Assembly: GCF_000002075.1 (NCBI RefSeq)
Contig: NW_004797271.1
Location: forward strand, 5,626,237 to 5,690,236
Direction: 5' to 3'
From: Aplysia californica
Lineage: Eukaryota
DNA length: 64,000 nt
Of the stretch, positions 51,301 through 61,415 are shown piece by piece. Below the pieces are notes generated by a model, which worked only from the letters and a program-made list of their open reading frames with translations, made no database searches and was not told where the DNA came from. Numbering within the stretch: the first letter of the stretch is position 1; every line of letters begins with the position of its first letter. The translations under genes and the position numbers were made by a program.

Positions 51301-54300
51301 ATCACTAGCTGTCAGTATAGCTTTTAGGGACTTTACATAGGTATGCAGGCTGCTGTTCAGGGCTTTGGCACAACAGCGTTTCTTCTCTGTCACACTCATA
51401 CTGCTGCTCAACGAGAAGTGGAACATAGGAGTCGCATCTTCTTCATCTGCCCGAGGACTGGTGCTGTGGAACTGGGAACGCAGTGCCCTCAGCATCTCTT
51501 TGAAAGTGCTGGTCGCTGTGGACAGCTTGTCCATCACCACATCCACATTCTCAGGAGCAGTCTTCAGGTCACTAGCACACAAAGCTACATCTTGGTCATT
51601 ATCAGGAGAGGCTGAACCTCTTTTTGAATCTGCAGCCTCTTTTGAGGACGCAGAGTTTTTTGCTTTAGAATCCTGCTGAACATTCTTCTTTGCTGAGGAG
51701 GAAGAGGAAGAAGTAGAAACTGCACTCTTCGAGAGTTCAGCATCGTTTGACTTTCCCGTTCGTTTCGTACCATTGCTGGAGGGCTGTGCATTTCCACTTG
51801 CAGCGGCGGCAGCAGCCTTAGCCTTGTCACGAGCTTGCAGGGCCTTGAGGGTGTCACGGATGTTTCTGTAAGTCTCTCTGAGACCTTGAAGAGGCGCCTT
51901 GTCACACAGGTAGCACCGCCATTTCGACTGACCATCTGTGTACGCAATAAGACAAAAATTTTTTTACGGTACTTAAAAAAGAAGGTGCAAAAATCTATAA
52001 ATGAAACAGGAACTATAACAGTACACTGAAAAATGAAGGCAACATCCAAGAATGAACTTGAACAACAATGAAAGAAGTCTAGATCTTCAATAACAGTAGC
52101 CAACACAAAAAAACCAGTGCTTGGAAATCCCGGAAAAAGTAGCAGATTGGAGTGGCAGCAAAATCCAAATTATCTCTCTCTCCCTAAAAATCGACATCAG
52201 TGAACCCTAGGAAATCAATGCAGAATGGAAAGTGGTCCTGAGGGACTGCGTGAAGTTATCCTAATAGTACAGTCATTATTCAAACTCTTTAGAAACATGT
52301 AAAGTCTATCCCATTTATTCTCAACCTGACCAAAGAGATGACGAGTGAATGCATTGAATTTGAGATTCTAGCACACAAGTAAAAAATCAAGAGCTTTTTA
52401 GATGGCATTGAAAAGGCAGCATGAAGGCTCAAATAATTTGAAATGTGGGTGCAATCGAGTCCTATTCCAACATGTACACAGAAAATGAACTCACAAATGC
52501 TCTTCAGCATCCATGAAAGCAACTGCCAATAATGTGACCACAGAAAACATTTATGCCATGAAAGACTGAAAACTGATTTTCACACTGTTATGAAAAGTGA
52601 GCCCTGTTGTGTTTTATACCTACTGCATGTTTACTTTTTCACATTAAAATAACTTATGATATATCAACTCTTAAGATTTTGGTCCTGGATAAATGTTCAC
52701 TGATAAGCACCTTCCCGCGCACGGTTCCCCCCAGCTGGTCCCGGATCAGTCTGTCGCCCCACGCGGGTTATGACATTTCGTTTCAAGCGGGTCTGCATCT
52801 TTACCTTAAAATGTGTGCGAGTCAGTCTGCTAGTGCCTGTGTGCCCTTCTGAAACTTTCTGCTTTGTTTTGAAACGTGAAGCGTTGGTAGAGATGTTCAT
52901 CCAATGAAATATGAGCATTTTGACCGAGTTAGACACTTGAGGAACTCAAAAGGATATTCAGGAAAAAAGACTTTCATCTTTCAATTCAAACACCTCTTCA
53001 CGCTTTTCAAACGAGCTCATTTTTACACAAAACGCCGTTTCAAGATGCAAATAATCATATTTGATGGTTTATCAGAGGGAGAAATTTGAGAGCAACTGAA
53101 AGAAAAAATATTCGGAAACTATCCCTTTTTCCCCCTTTCGAACGATAACTGATAAGCGGCTGTTCACAAGTCTAAAACAGGAGTGAAATCTGGAAAAGTT
53201 ATTCGATTTAGTGTAACTTCCACTCTCAGAAGAATGTTCAGCAGGGTTCTAAAGCAACCGACGAGGGGAAAAGAGGATCACTCATGCGGTCGTAACACTT
53301 ATTCATAGATCCAATCAATTTGCTAGAAAGATGAAGCGTGTTTTTCATTGTTCTTTCACTATTGACTCCCGCGGCACGCTTGCCTGATCAATGTCTGACC
53401 CCACCTCCCCACGGCGTAAGCTCACAAGCGATGTAAGTGGGTCATTGATCGGTAAGAACGATCCTCCGATTAACCCCGCAGGACCAGAGTTACTTAAACT
53501 GAAAAAAGAACAAATTAATGAAGTATGTGGATTGTAGTATTTGCTTATTGTCGGCTGGATAAAGGAGCAACAAATTAGTTTTAAGTTTAAGTAAGATTTT
53601 TTTGGCACTCGCAACACAATTAGGTCATAAAAGTGCCGAAGATTAGAGATGTTACAAGCAAGTAACAAACACAAAAAAGAGCGAGGATAGATAAGTACAA
53701 TAGATGTTTGATAGAAAAGGAACAAACAACTCCATAGCACCCTCCAACCAGCCACAGCAATAAATTAAAAGGCACCCCACTCCCCAAACAAACAAACAAC
53801 TCATTCCATCCTCTCAGTCTATCCATTCTTAGTTTATCTTTAAAGTGACGAAAGTTATCACATTTCTATCTGCACTTCCCATCTCAGAAAGCAAGTACTT
53901 AGGACAGAGCGCAAGATACACATCAAAGCTGTAACAGTATAGCATTCCGACATCCTCTTTTGACTGAACATAAAACATAATACAGTAGTCTTAGTCCAAG
54001 ATCCCAGAACCCGGGAGCAAGGAAAATATGGGATCTTAGGCGAACGGCATCTTAGCCGACGAACCAAGAGAAGAATCCATGGTAACCTATATTCAGGCTC
54101 ACAACCGGTAAAAATATGTTCTCCCTTTACTCTAAAATGAACTGACGTGACCCCCAGGTGGGTTTATATCTTATGGCAAGCAGACAGTGGTCTACCTTGA
54201 TGACCAATCACAACGGAATGAAGCATCCAGAGTCTCAAGATCTACAGTTATCCAGTTGCTCCTCCCCTTTACATGTCTAAAATTAATAACTTTCCATCTC

Positions 54301-57300
54301 GGACCGAGTTCCCTGCTTTTGTCGTTATGCACCATTGTGTTGTGACCACACAAATTAAAATTCAGTTAGTCTCGCAAATTCGGGAGACAACTGCTGCAAT
54401 GGTCAGGGAAGAGTTCACAGTTCAATGTGATCCCGCCTGAAGAGAACTTATAGGCCCTACCCACCCAGCGTGTGATATAAGTTTAGGAGGAGAGCTCAAA
54501 TGAGAGTGCGATGATTGGAGAAAACAAACGCGTTGGCGTGCTCACACCTTGGTGTGACCCCATCTGGGGAAAAGATTTAAACCGCACATGTGATCACATT
54601 CACGGGAGTGGCTGATCTGTGACACAACGGGCAGCTCAATGATCGCAAATTTTCACTCTTAGTTGATGAGCTGAGCCCGCCCGAGTTTTTCCCCCATAAA
54701 TAATTATCTGAAATGCGTGATCTTAGCCGAATGCAGACCTTCCGAGAGGGATCTTAGACTTGTGTAGTAAAAATCTGTTTTCTTAAAACAGCGGGACCTA
54801 AGGCGAACCGAGATCATTAGCGGTGGGATCTTAGGCGGAGACTACTGTATTAAAAGACTTGCAGAACTCAAAGTACAAAATGAAAGAAACATTCAGAAGA
54901 AAAGCAATAACAAAAGACCCAAAACTTTTCGCGTCTCAAAAACTCTCGATCTATCTGAAAAAGGGACATTAAAGTAATATCACACTGCTGCCATGACTCA
55001 CTGATGTTGTTGAACTCAGAGCGATTGAAATTTCTCATGACGCAGGACTTGCAGAATGCACTGGAGCACTCATCACACACCACCAGCCTCCCACCCTCTC
55101 CACACCAGCGACACTGCTCGTCAATGCCATCTTTATCCTTTGCAATGTCTCCACTGGACAGGAACTTATCACAGCGCTGAGAAAAAAAATAATACAACAC
55201 GCATATATATGCAGTCAGCAGCATTTTTAGAATGCAAAACTGTTTGTTTTTGTTTGTTTGAGTAAAGAGAAGAACATTGGCTCTTCAAAAGTAATTTATT
55301 GCTGGGAAAAAATATGACTGACAACAACAACAAAGAAAAAGAAAAGAAATTCGGGTAGTGAGATCCTACCAGAGGCACCCTCCAACCAACCACTGCAAAC
55401 TAAAGAAATAGAAACAAGAAACATACGAAAAATGTTATCCTCAACAAAATCAAGAAGAAAAATTGTTCAACAAAACAGGTAAGTGCAAAGTGAAATATGT
55501 AAGCTGAAATTAACACAACTTTAAAACTACTCAATTCGAGAACAATGTCAGTATTTCTAAGCTGGAAACACAGTTGTATTATGTCATACTGACATTCACC
55601 AAGAACAATTGGTCCTGTGTGTAACTTTATTATCAAATCAGGTTGGGACACACTATCGCATAACAATGAACCTTTGATGAAATCACACCAGGTGCCCATT
55701 CTGAAAAGCTGAAATATGAAAACAAAGTACATTTTTTGTTTCTTTCCCCATGCTCCTGAAAAAAAAAGACAAAGAGCGTAGCACATCCATTTGAGAGGGG
55801 CGAAGTGAAAAAATTCTTACCTTGCAAATGACTACTTTTAATGCTGGATGCTTTTGTAAAGCATTACCCTTGTATGGGTTGAGCTGACGACCACATGCAG
55901 TGCAGCTTACATTGTCCAGGACCGATGTGTCAATACGGACTGGGGCTAAAAGACAAAAAAAAAAGGTATTTAGTTTTAGTATTCTGAAGGACTTTCACAA
56001 CACTTGCAACACTGGTAGGTCATATAAGCGCCAAAGACTGGAGGTGTTACTAGAGAGTAACATACAACGAAAAGGTGGAGGAGAGACAAGAATGACAGGT
56101 GTTTGGATTTTTTTTTTTTAAAGGAGCATACCACACGAGAACAACCACCCACCACTGGTCTGATGACACAGGAAGCACATAAAACGACACTGTGACAGTT
56201 ATTTAAAAGTTAAACAGTAGAATAAACCTAGCTATTCTAATAACAGTGGAGAGAAGTAAACAATGAGCTACCAGCTCAAATGTAAATATTTTCACACCTC
56301 CTAAATTCATCTGAGTGAGAGAAGCACACTAACAAGGGTACCAACTGATACCACTTTGTTAAAAACTGAAATTGCTTGAGTGAAAGAGGCTTTTCACAAA
56401 ATAACTGTCTCTTTGGTTTTTAAAAACTGAAATCATCAGCGTGAAAGAAGCTCAGCGACAGTTTCTATCACTGGTTTATTTTGTAGGTTTTTAAAAAAAC
56501 TGAATCATCCAAGCGAGAGAAGCATATCAACAACTGTCACTAATATCATCGTTGTATTTTTTATTCAACGGAGATGATCCGAGTGAAATTAACATCAACA
56601 AGTTGGATGTAATTCTCACAAGATGCAGGACAAAGAGAGAAAGTTAGTTTTAGTAAAGGTTTTACGGCGCTCGCAACAGCATAGGTCATATGAGCGCGAG
56701 AAGATAAGAGGTGTTCAAGAGAGTAACAAACATAAAAAGAAAGGGAGATAAGGATGATAGATGTTTGATAGGAAAGAAGCAAACCACACCAGAGCTCCCG
56801 CCAACCACCCACAAAAGAGGGAAACAGCATAGGAGCAGGTAACAATGCAAGATAGACTAGCAGTCCCTTAAAAAAAACCAACCCACTGTTACAAGAGGAA
56901 GACAGTTAAGCTGATCAAATGATCAAACTTGATAAAGAACTTGGAGAACATGGGGGCGCGAGTGGGCCATGAATTAATGATTTTCTTCTTTCTGTCACCT
57001 CATAACCTGGTATCAGCACCAATTTCACAAAATGAACTTTATATCGCTAAAACTTCTCTGCTGCTACCACAAACTTCACTGATTTCTTAAGTTGGGATCC
57101 ATCTTAATGCTCACCTAGATTTCCAAAAAGAGCGGGCCATGTTTTAAATTGACCTAGATGACATATTTTATATAAATATGCAAGTGCTACACATTGAATT
57201 GTAAAGGAATTAAGGTTGTGGTAAAAAGACAAACTGAAGCAAATTCATACATGTGGTGTGAACATTAAAATAAAAAAATATATGCACATACAAAGGCATA

Positions 57301-60300
57301 CAAAATATTCAGATATAGTCCACCTACCATTAAAGAAGTGAAATTTTATATACAAACAGTGAAGTCCACTAAAACCGTACACGGTTAATAAAAGAAACAG
57401 TGGCAAACCAAAAGAAAATACAATCCCCTCTTTTTTTCTTCATAATTAGAGCAATCTCTCTAAACCGAAATCATGTATAAATTGAAGAAAATCCAGCCAT
57501 CCTGCAGGTATCAGTTTTAATGGACCCCACAGTAGATATATCTATACAGGCTAACACAAGCATGATTCAAAAACATATAGTCCAGTCCAGTTGATGCTGG
57601 TTGCTCAATGTCGACAGTATTACCGAGTTAAAACGGAAGCAAAACTGACCTCTCCTTCAACAAATAGGTTTCAATTTTTACAAATAAGCACACCTGTTAT
57701 CAACACTTACCCTCTTTCTTTTTCTTCACTGGAGCATCTTCCCCAGACTCTGGTTCCACCGCTACGTTGCCTGAATAAAAATGTAAAAGTAACAATCATT
57801 TTTTTCAAACTGATAAAATAGAGGTTGACAGCACAGCCAGTTTCATCCCTTTTGCTATAATAGACATCCAGAGCCTCTTTGCTGTCTCCATTGAAGAGTA
57901 CATAAAACTAAGCAGGGATATCTTGAACACACCAGGGCTTGACAAATGTTTAACACATCCTATACTTGAGTAAACTGAGATAGTGAAAAATTAGAGATAG
58001 ATAAGAAAACAAAAGGAAAGTATCTGTGACAGTATGATTGTTCAAAAATAAATCACAGTAATTATGAAAAATACCTCAAATGTAAATAAAAGGATAGAAT
58101 GATGGATACAGCCTGCTCCTTGTTTGGAGTTCAAGCAAGAAAAGGAAGAAAGTTATGCAGATGAGCCTTACGCCTAAAAAACTTGCTCTTAAGTCAGATC
58201 CCAGTCAAGACAAGTTGACGACACTGGTCAGAGAATTTCACTTCCAAACTTGGATTAATAACAACATCACTTCCTGACCCATACGCTCATGTTCAAACAA
58301 CCACACACACACAAACATAATTCACACACCATACCGCCCAATGCAAAGCCACACCGTCTCTTTTCATTTACACCCCACCATCCAGTACCCACTCTTACAT
58401 GACTAGATTCAAGTTATAGTGCTCCGATGCATCTCAGTACCACCATTGTGAGGGGGTAAGCCTGCTGGGCCTGGGTAATCTGATACTCTTCACGATGATG
58501 ATGATGGATGTGTTTTTGTTGGGTTCGTTTTATTTTGCCAACAGGGCCATTTGAATTTGAGATAACTGCGAAGCAAATTGTGATAGGCCTTTTTGAGATA
58601 AAATGCAGCTGTTCGAGAAAACAGGGCTGCCAATAAAAAGAAAATATAACGGTTCAGTCAGGGAAGGCATACAGTTCAACATATCCATGAATTCTAGTTT
58701 TGTGTGTTCCAAGTCAACCGTGCTCGCTACCATTATGGTTAAAAACCACAGACAATCGCGCGATTTCCAAACAGAAAACAAGAAATAATGGGGTAAAAAA
58801 TATCTTAATCATCAGACCTTCAGGCTGATGCTCTGGAACGCCACTGTCAGAAACATCTTCCATTTCTGAGTTGTCACTGTCCTCTTCCTTGTCATTGCCT
58901 TTCGACTTTGCAGAAAATCCTTTCATCACAATCCTCAATTTTCCAGGTGCCTCTCCTTTCTTACTGTAGAAAAAAAGCCAATATCAGCCAGTCAGCTAAC
59001 AATCTCTGTAACTCAGTCTTTTTTGTAATTCACCAGATATCATAATAAAACACAAAAGTTCTAACAAAAGTTTTTAAATAACTGCAAACTCAAGACCAGT
59101 TTTAAAAGTAACTCTTCAAAAACCCTGGGTTGCTAAAGATGAGGAAAAATCAAATGAAAAGGCAAAAAAAACCCTATCTTTATTCAAAGTGCCATCATTG
59201 TGTCCCACACATCCTATCCTCTGAATCAGAATACATCAGTGACGAGTGACGAAGACACAAACCCATTACACACCTTTCATTGCAGATTTCAAGTTTAGGA
59301 AGTATATGACGAAATATTGAGAGCCCTCCTGACATGAAACTAATAGCATTTTCCACCGATTGTGAGTCTTCAATAGTCTGAAAGTAGGGTATCTTCCTGT
59401 GATTATTGACAACTGATGAAGAGCTTATAAATACAGTCGAACCTGTCTAAGACAATCGCTCACTGCTGAAGTGAAAAGTGATCACCTTAGACAGCGACAT
59501 TATAATAGCATAAAATAAAAATGCAAGGGTGGAAGTGGAAAGTCAAAAGCAAGGTTCAGGGTACTTACATGCCAGTATGCCTAAACTCAACAACCCTTCA
59601 TAAATTCGGCATGCATAAACTCAACAACCCTTTATAAATTTCATATTTGAATCAGCAAAAAAAGGGGAAAGGAGCTATATACAGCCACAACAACTACAAC
59701 AGTAGCAAATGGGAAACTGAAGAAAAATAATCTTACCTCCTAGAAGATCCACTTTTAAACAAAGACTGAAACACAAAAAAGAAAAGAAAGAAAGGATTGA
59801 AACATAAAATCGAATAGAAAGCTTTTTACTGAGCAGCTGCTGCACTATCGTTACCAATGAACAAAATGAACACGTATCTCCTATTGCCACAGGAATCACC
59901 TGTTTTCTTTACAGTTCATGGGAACACGATAATCAATTATATAAAGAAATTAATTAGAAAATAAACTCACTACAACTAAAATAATTAACACATTAAATGA
60001 TTTAAGGCCAAATGAAGAGCAGTAAGTTACTTATTAACAAGTAATTGTAGCATGTTTCATGCCTGCATTAACACAATTTAGATCTTTAACGGTGGGGGTT
60101 GCTTCCACCCAAACTGCTAGGGCCAACACCTCGCTGATGAAGGCAATCATTTGGTCAACTCCCCTAGTCCAGTAAAAAAAACTAAAGACAATACTGAATT
60201 GGTTGGTAAAAATAGTATCACATGAGAGGACATCAATGAATAAACAAACTAGAAAATTGTATATTCATTTGACATTAATATATATATATATATCATAATA

Positions 60301-60326
60301 TGTCATATATTAATACTTACAGCCAT
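18204..60326 (-). CDS. ATRX: ATRX chromatin remodeller (ADD domain + SNF2 ATPase/helicase), whole-gene span, 30 coding exons, ~2283 aa
   Basis: ADD domain (VSCTACG...[10 protein letters not shown]|RCDKF...[11 protein letters not shown]...[12 protein letters not shown]...WRCYLC); SNF2 motifs [68 protein letters not shown]. Exon phases chain without frameshift. Confidence 0.97.
19418..19695 (-). mobile_element. RTE-clade LINE 3' fragment, internally deleted
   Basis: [11 protein letters not shown]...[17 protein letters not shown] and [12 protein letters not shown], (TGA)n tail. Confidence 0.75.
20025..20114 (-). CDS. ATRX: ATRX coding exon 29 ([30 protein letters not shown])
   Basis: ccccag / CGA|gtaagt; helical Q-rich coding composition. 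Confidence 0.8.
21127..22623. mobile_element. piggyBac-like non-autonomous element (~1.5 kb); partial copy at ~63370-63600
   Basis: ttaa-CTCTTAATCTCCG ... CGTAGATAAAGAG imperfect TIR; 21330-21530 repeated at 63400-63590. Confidence 0.6.
23388..23488 (-). CDS. ATRX: ATRX coding exon 28
   Basis: ctaccag / CAG|gtggga; phase 1 to 0. Confidence 0.8.
23855..24020 (-). CDS. ATRX: ATRX coding exon 27 (DPLLAEIL...HEHDSLL...[17 protein letters not shown])
   Basis: Conserved post-helicase block; actcag / G|gtatgc. Confidence 0.95.
24514..25203. mobile_element. MITE, ~19-bp TIR (GAGGAGCGACCCTTGA core), TTAA TSD; Kolobok-like
   Basis: ttaa-GGAGAGGAGCGACCCTTGA ... TCAAGGGTCGCTCCTCCCG-ttaa. Confidence 0.8.
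25743..25922 (-). CDS. ATRX: ATRX coding exon 26 ([31 protein letters not shown]...LPK)
   Basis: tgacag / AAG|gtatga. Confidence 0.96.
26269..26379. repeat. 49-bp inverted repeat with 13-nt loop (2 mismatches)
   Basis: 26269-26317 is the reverse complement of 26331-26379. Confidence 0.92.
26781..26958 (-). CDS. ATRX: ATRX coding exon 25, motifs V-VI
   Basis: [45 protein letters not shown]; ttccag / CAG|gtaaga. Confidence 0.97.
27643..27764 (-). CDS. ATRX: ATRX coding exon 24 (DYYRMDGST...FND)
   Basis: ggacag / AG|gttagg. Confidence 0.94.
28181..28298 (-). CDS. ATRX: ATRX coding exon 23, motif IV ([14 protein letters not shown])
   Basis: tttcag / CCT|gtaagt. Confidence 0.94.
28627..28930 (+). 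mobile_element. hAT (Charlie-like) MITE remnant
   Basis: CAGGCATGGGCATACTATGACC..GGCCAGATCTGGCCC left end, GGCCCGCGA subterminal motif. Confidence 0.5.
29662..29889 (-). CDS. ATRX: ATRX coding exon 22 (EEVITEW...QWW...[21 protein letters not shown])
   Basis: ttacag / GT|gtaagt; phase 2 to 2. Confidence 0.94.
30487..30662 (-). CDS. ATRX: ATRX coding exon 21 (inter-lobe acidic insert)
   Basis: ccacag / AG|gtattg; DSFIDDD motif. Confidence 0.9.
31761..32000 (-). CDS. ATRX: ATRX coding exon 20 ([14 protein letters not shown]...IWTHPWVL)
   Basis: ccacag / AAG|gtgagg. Confidence 0.96.
32818..32993 (-). CDS. ATRX: ATRX coding exon 19 ([15 protein letters not shown]...LAGCVQ)
   Basis: tgtag / CAG|gtaatg. 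Confidence 0.96.
33540..33775 (+). mobile_element. Old CORE-like SINE; related minus-strand copies at ~25210-25375 and ~27090-27250
   Basis: B-box remnant plus (T)CCTTGGGAAAGGCACTT...CACTC...GGTG...GGGTACC-like core. Confidence 0.5.
33801..33938 (-). CDS. ATRX: ATRX coding exon 18, DEGH box and motif III
   Basis: [16 protein letters not shown]...[16 protein letters not shown] (not in the ORF track); cctcag / T|gtaggt. Confidence 0.96.
34488..35508. mobile_element. ~1-kb DNA element, TIR CAGTGCTTCC; other copies 22953-23230, 60580-62056 (split by the SINE), 63628-64000, inverted piece 63200-63350
   Basis: Multi-copy similarity; ends CAGTGCTTCCA / TGGAAGCACTG. Confidence 0.78.
35907..36084 (-). 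CDS. ATRX: ATRX coding exon 17 (VWELAS...[14 protein letters not shown]...LVDP)
   Basis: atcag / G|gtactt. Confidence 0.95.
36140..36553 (-). mobile_element. Non-autonomous retroelement family C (~400 bp); other copies 7420-7790, 10730-10880
   Basis: Three highly similar copies; shared 3' tail CAGTTGCGAGCGCCGTAAAACC + (CTAAAA)n. Confidence 0.8.
37138..37278 (-). CDS. ATRX: ATRX coding exon 16, motif Ia ([16 protein letters not shown]); donor lost in N-gap
   Basis: cccag acceptor; 141 nt ends exactly at the gap, in phase with exon 17. Confidence 0.92.
37529..37638 (-). CDS. ATRX: ATRX coding exon 15, Walker A ([15 protein letters not shown])
   Basis: Motif I; ccgcag / TCG|gtgagt. Confidence 0.96.
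38230..38478. repeat. Two-copy intronic tandem duplication (period ~145 bp)
   Basis: AAGGCCATGCT..CTCCCTTGTA...ACAGCTAGATCTA...ATGTTCAACTT appears twice. Confidence 0.8.
39137..39290 (-). CDS. ATRX: ATRX coding exon 14 (ITTKLIL...KLKPHQVE)
   Basis: SNF2 Q motif; tgtcag / G|gtgagt. Confidence 0.95.
39569..40638. mobile_element. hAT-like non-autonomous element, 14-bp TIR CAGGGTGACTGCCA
   Basis: Perfect terminal inverted repeats; interior homologous to 42600-43480. Confidence 0.8.
40841..40981 (-). CDS. ATRX: ATRX coding exon 13 ([10 protein letters not shown]...EEKRRKRIA)
   Basis: Conserved pre-helicase motif; tcacag / GAG|gtaaga. Confidence 0.93.
41561..41912 (-). CDS. ATRX: ATRX coding exon 12 (acidic/basic, KKRRRIKK)
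   Basis: tttcag / GAT|gtaagt; ORF 41513-41968. Confidence 0.9.
42187..43630. mobile_element. hAT-like composite element, TIR CAGGGTCCCCAC, 6-bp TSD CACTTC
   Basis: cacttc-CAGGGTCCCCAC ... GTGGGGACCCTG-cacttc; contains an internal left end of the 39569 family at 42392. Confidence 0.8.
44412..44604 (-). CDS. ATRX: ATRX coding exon 11 (...[20 protein letters not shown]...)
   Basis: ttttcag / AA|gtgagt; phase 1 to 2. Confidence 0.88.
44820..45080 (+). mobile_element. 5' half of the same tRNA-derived SINE
   Basis: Near-identical to the reverse complement of 61150-61415. Confidence 0.88.
45320..45988. mobile_element. piggyBac-like MITE (degenerate TIRs)
   Basis: ttaa-CACTTCTCCTAC ... GTAGGAAGAGAG-tttaa. 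Confidence 0.5.
46004..46115 (-). CDS. ATRX: ATRX coding exon 10 ([20 protein letters not shown]...)
   Basis: ccctttag / G|gtgagt; phase 0 to 1. Confidence 0.88.
46576..46736 (-). CDS. ATRX: ATRX coding exon 9 (acidic linker)
   Basis: tgtccag / CTG|gtatga; phase 1 to 0. Confidence 0.85.
48128..48478 (-). CDS. ATRX: ATRX coding exon 8 (K/E-rich linker)
   Basis: poly-T cag acceptor, G|gtaagt, ORF 48060-48470. Confidence 0.9.
49557..51935 (-). CDS. ATRX: ATRX coding exon 7, 2379-nt large exon (end of ADD + charged linker)
   Basis: Starts cacag|..[12 protein letters not shown] and runs into the 681-aa ORF; ends A|gtgagt. Confidence 0.93.
50305..50712 (-). repeat. Coding minisatellite, 51-bp unit x ~8 ([17 protein letters not shown])
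   Basis: Directly visible tandem units, the central ones nearly identical. Confidence 0.95.
53983..54847. mobile_element. Tc1/mariner-type (pogo/Tigger-like) MITE, TA TSD
   Basis: ta-CAGTAGTCTTAGTCCAAGATCCC ... GGGATCTTAGGCGGAGACTACTG-ta; subterminal ATCTTAG(G/C)CGA repeats. Confidence 0.85.
55002..55176 (-). CDS. ATRX: ATRX coding exon 6, ADD PHD finger
   Basis: [49 protein letters not shown]; tctcag / A|gtgagt. Confidence 0.95.
55821..55945 (-). CDS. ATRX: ATRX coding exon 5, ADD GATA-like finger (VSCTACGRQ...[10 protein letters not shown])
   Basis: Translation matches the ADD N-terminal half; ttttag / AAG|gtaaga. Confidence 0.95.
56310..56540. repeat. Degenerate ~60-75-bp minisatellite, ~4 units
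   Basis: Recurring TAAAAACTGAAAT...GTGAAAGA(A/G)GC. Confidence 0.6.
56642..56812 (-). mobile_element. Retroelement family B copy carrying the A/C-type tail
   Basis: Same body as 10495-10650. Confidence 0.75.
57711..57770 (-). CDS. ATRX: ATRX coding exon 4 ([20 protein letters not shown])
   Basis: ttttattcag / G|gtaagt; resembles human GTVIVQPEP. Confidence 0.8.
58818..58963 (-). CDS. ATRX: ATRX coding exon 3 ([15 protein letters not shown]...PEHQPE)
   Basis: tttttttctacag acceptor, G|gtctga donor, open frame. Confidence 0.8.
59737..59765 (-). CDS. ATRX: ATRX coding exon 2, 29-nt microexon (SLFKSGSSR)
   Basis: Long pyrimidine tract ...ttttttgtgtttcag, donor GAG|gtaaga; phase 0 in, phase 2 out bridges exons 1 and 3. 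Confidence 0.75.
60321..60326 (-). CDS. ATRX: ATRX coding exon 1 (MA; exon 60321-60405, mostly 5'UTR)
   Basis: Acceptor ttatttcatcctcag, good Kozak context GCCATGG, donor GCT|gtaagt; phase 0 matches the next exon. Confidence 0.7.
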
Positions 60327-60882
60327 GGCTTCTTCCTTCTTTCCGAACTTTACAGGTTATAACTTTCCTCAATCACTGATTATTACTTCTCATCATGGAT
60401 GATCACTGAGGATGAAATAAAATTGTTCAACATTATCATTACAAGAGATGTATAGTTTGTATAACAAAGCCCACATTTTCACCCAAAGCCAGTTATACTC
60501 ATAATCTTCTGGCATGAACTTACACTAAGTTAAATTTCACTTGTTCAAAAAAAAACTCTCCACAAAAACTTTGCATTCAGCAGGGTTCAGAGAAAGCATC
60601 CAAGTGGTGGTTCAGGGGGGTCGAAGTCTCGGAAAAAATTGACATTTAAGTGCTTTAAGAGGGTTGAAAATGGCATGTGGGAGCCTGTTTGAAGAGACTG
60701 CGGCATTGCCAACAGCCCAGAACACTTTTTTCCCCCTCCAAGATTGTTTCTTGTTTGATATCTTCACCTAAATATCTTTCCCTGCAATGTTTAAAAGCAG
60801 GTTCACCTTGCCATTGCTACTATAATTCAATTAATTTGTCATTGCACACTTGACAGAAAGCAAATCTGGGAGTAATGAATAT

Positions 60883-61415
60883 TTTTTTGTTTTTTGTTTT
60901 TGTAAAGTGTTTCACGGCGCTCGCAACTGCATAAGGTCAGATGAGCGCGCGAGACACACCTAATATTTTCAGTTAGTAGGAAATTTTGAATTTTGCCCGG
61001 GTGGCGGCCGAAGCCTACTCTTATCGATTTTAGACCACCAAGGGATCTTTAACGTGCGCAACTTGCACACGGGCCCTCAGAGATTTTTTGCCATTGTCCG
61101 AGAAGGCTAGGTATAGATCTTTCCTACCAGAAGATCAGGGGTGTGGCTGAAAGACAGCAGTGAGAAGAAGCGAAGCAGTAGCAGTAGAAAGGCTGCAGAA
61201 AGAATCAGGAGCCCAGAGGAAGGGGCAAAGGAGGTGAGGGGGTGGGGGCAGAAAGAGGAGACGAAAGCAGACGACAGAACATTGCTAGAGAGCAGGAAAT
61301 GAGGTGAAAGGAGACAAATTTAGAGAAGAAAATTTTTCGGTCGCTACCCGGATTCGAACCCAGGACCTTTTGAATGAGAGGCCAACACCTTAACCTCTAG
61401 GCCACGAGAGCCCCC
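60883..61415 (-). mobile_element. Full-length tRNA-derived SINE with Deu/Nin-like core and LINE-type tail; 11-bp TSD GTAATGAATAT
   Basis: Head GGGGGCTCTCGTGGCCTAGAGG (A box), GGTTCGAATCC (B box); core CACGTTAAAGATCCC..TAAGAGTAGG; TSD 60872-60882 / 61416-61426. Confidence 0.9.

Noticed and set aside
59569-59580. 12-nt in-frame microexon (ttag|GCATACTGGCAT|gtaagt)
   Set aside because: No pyrimidine tract, and it lies in a small local duplication; unsupported without reads
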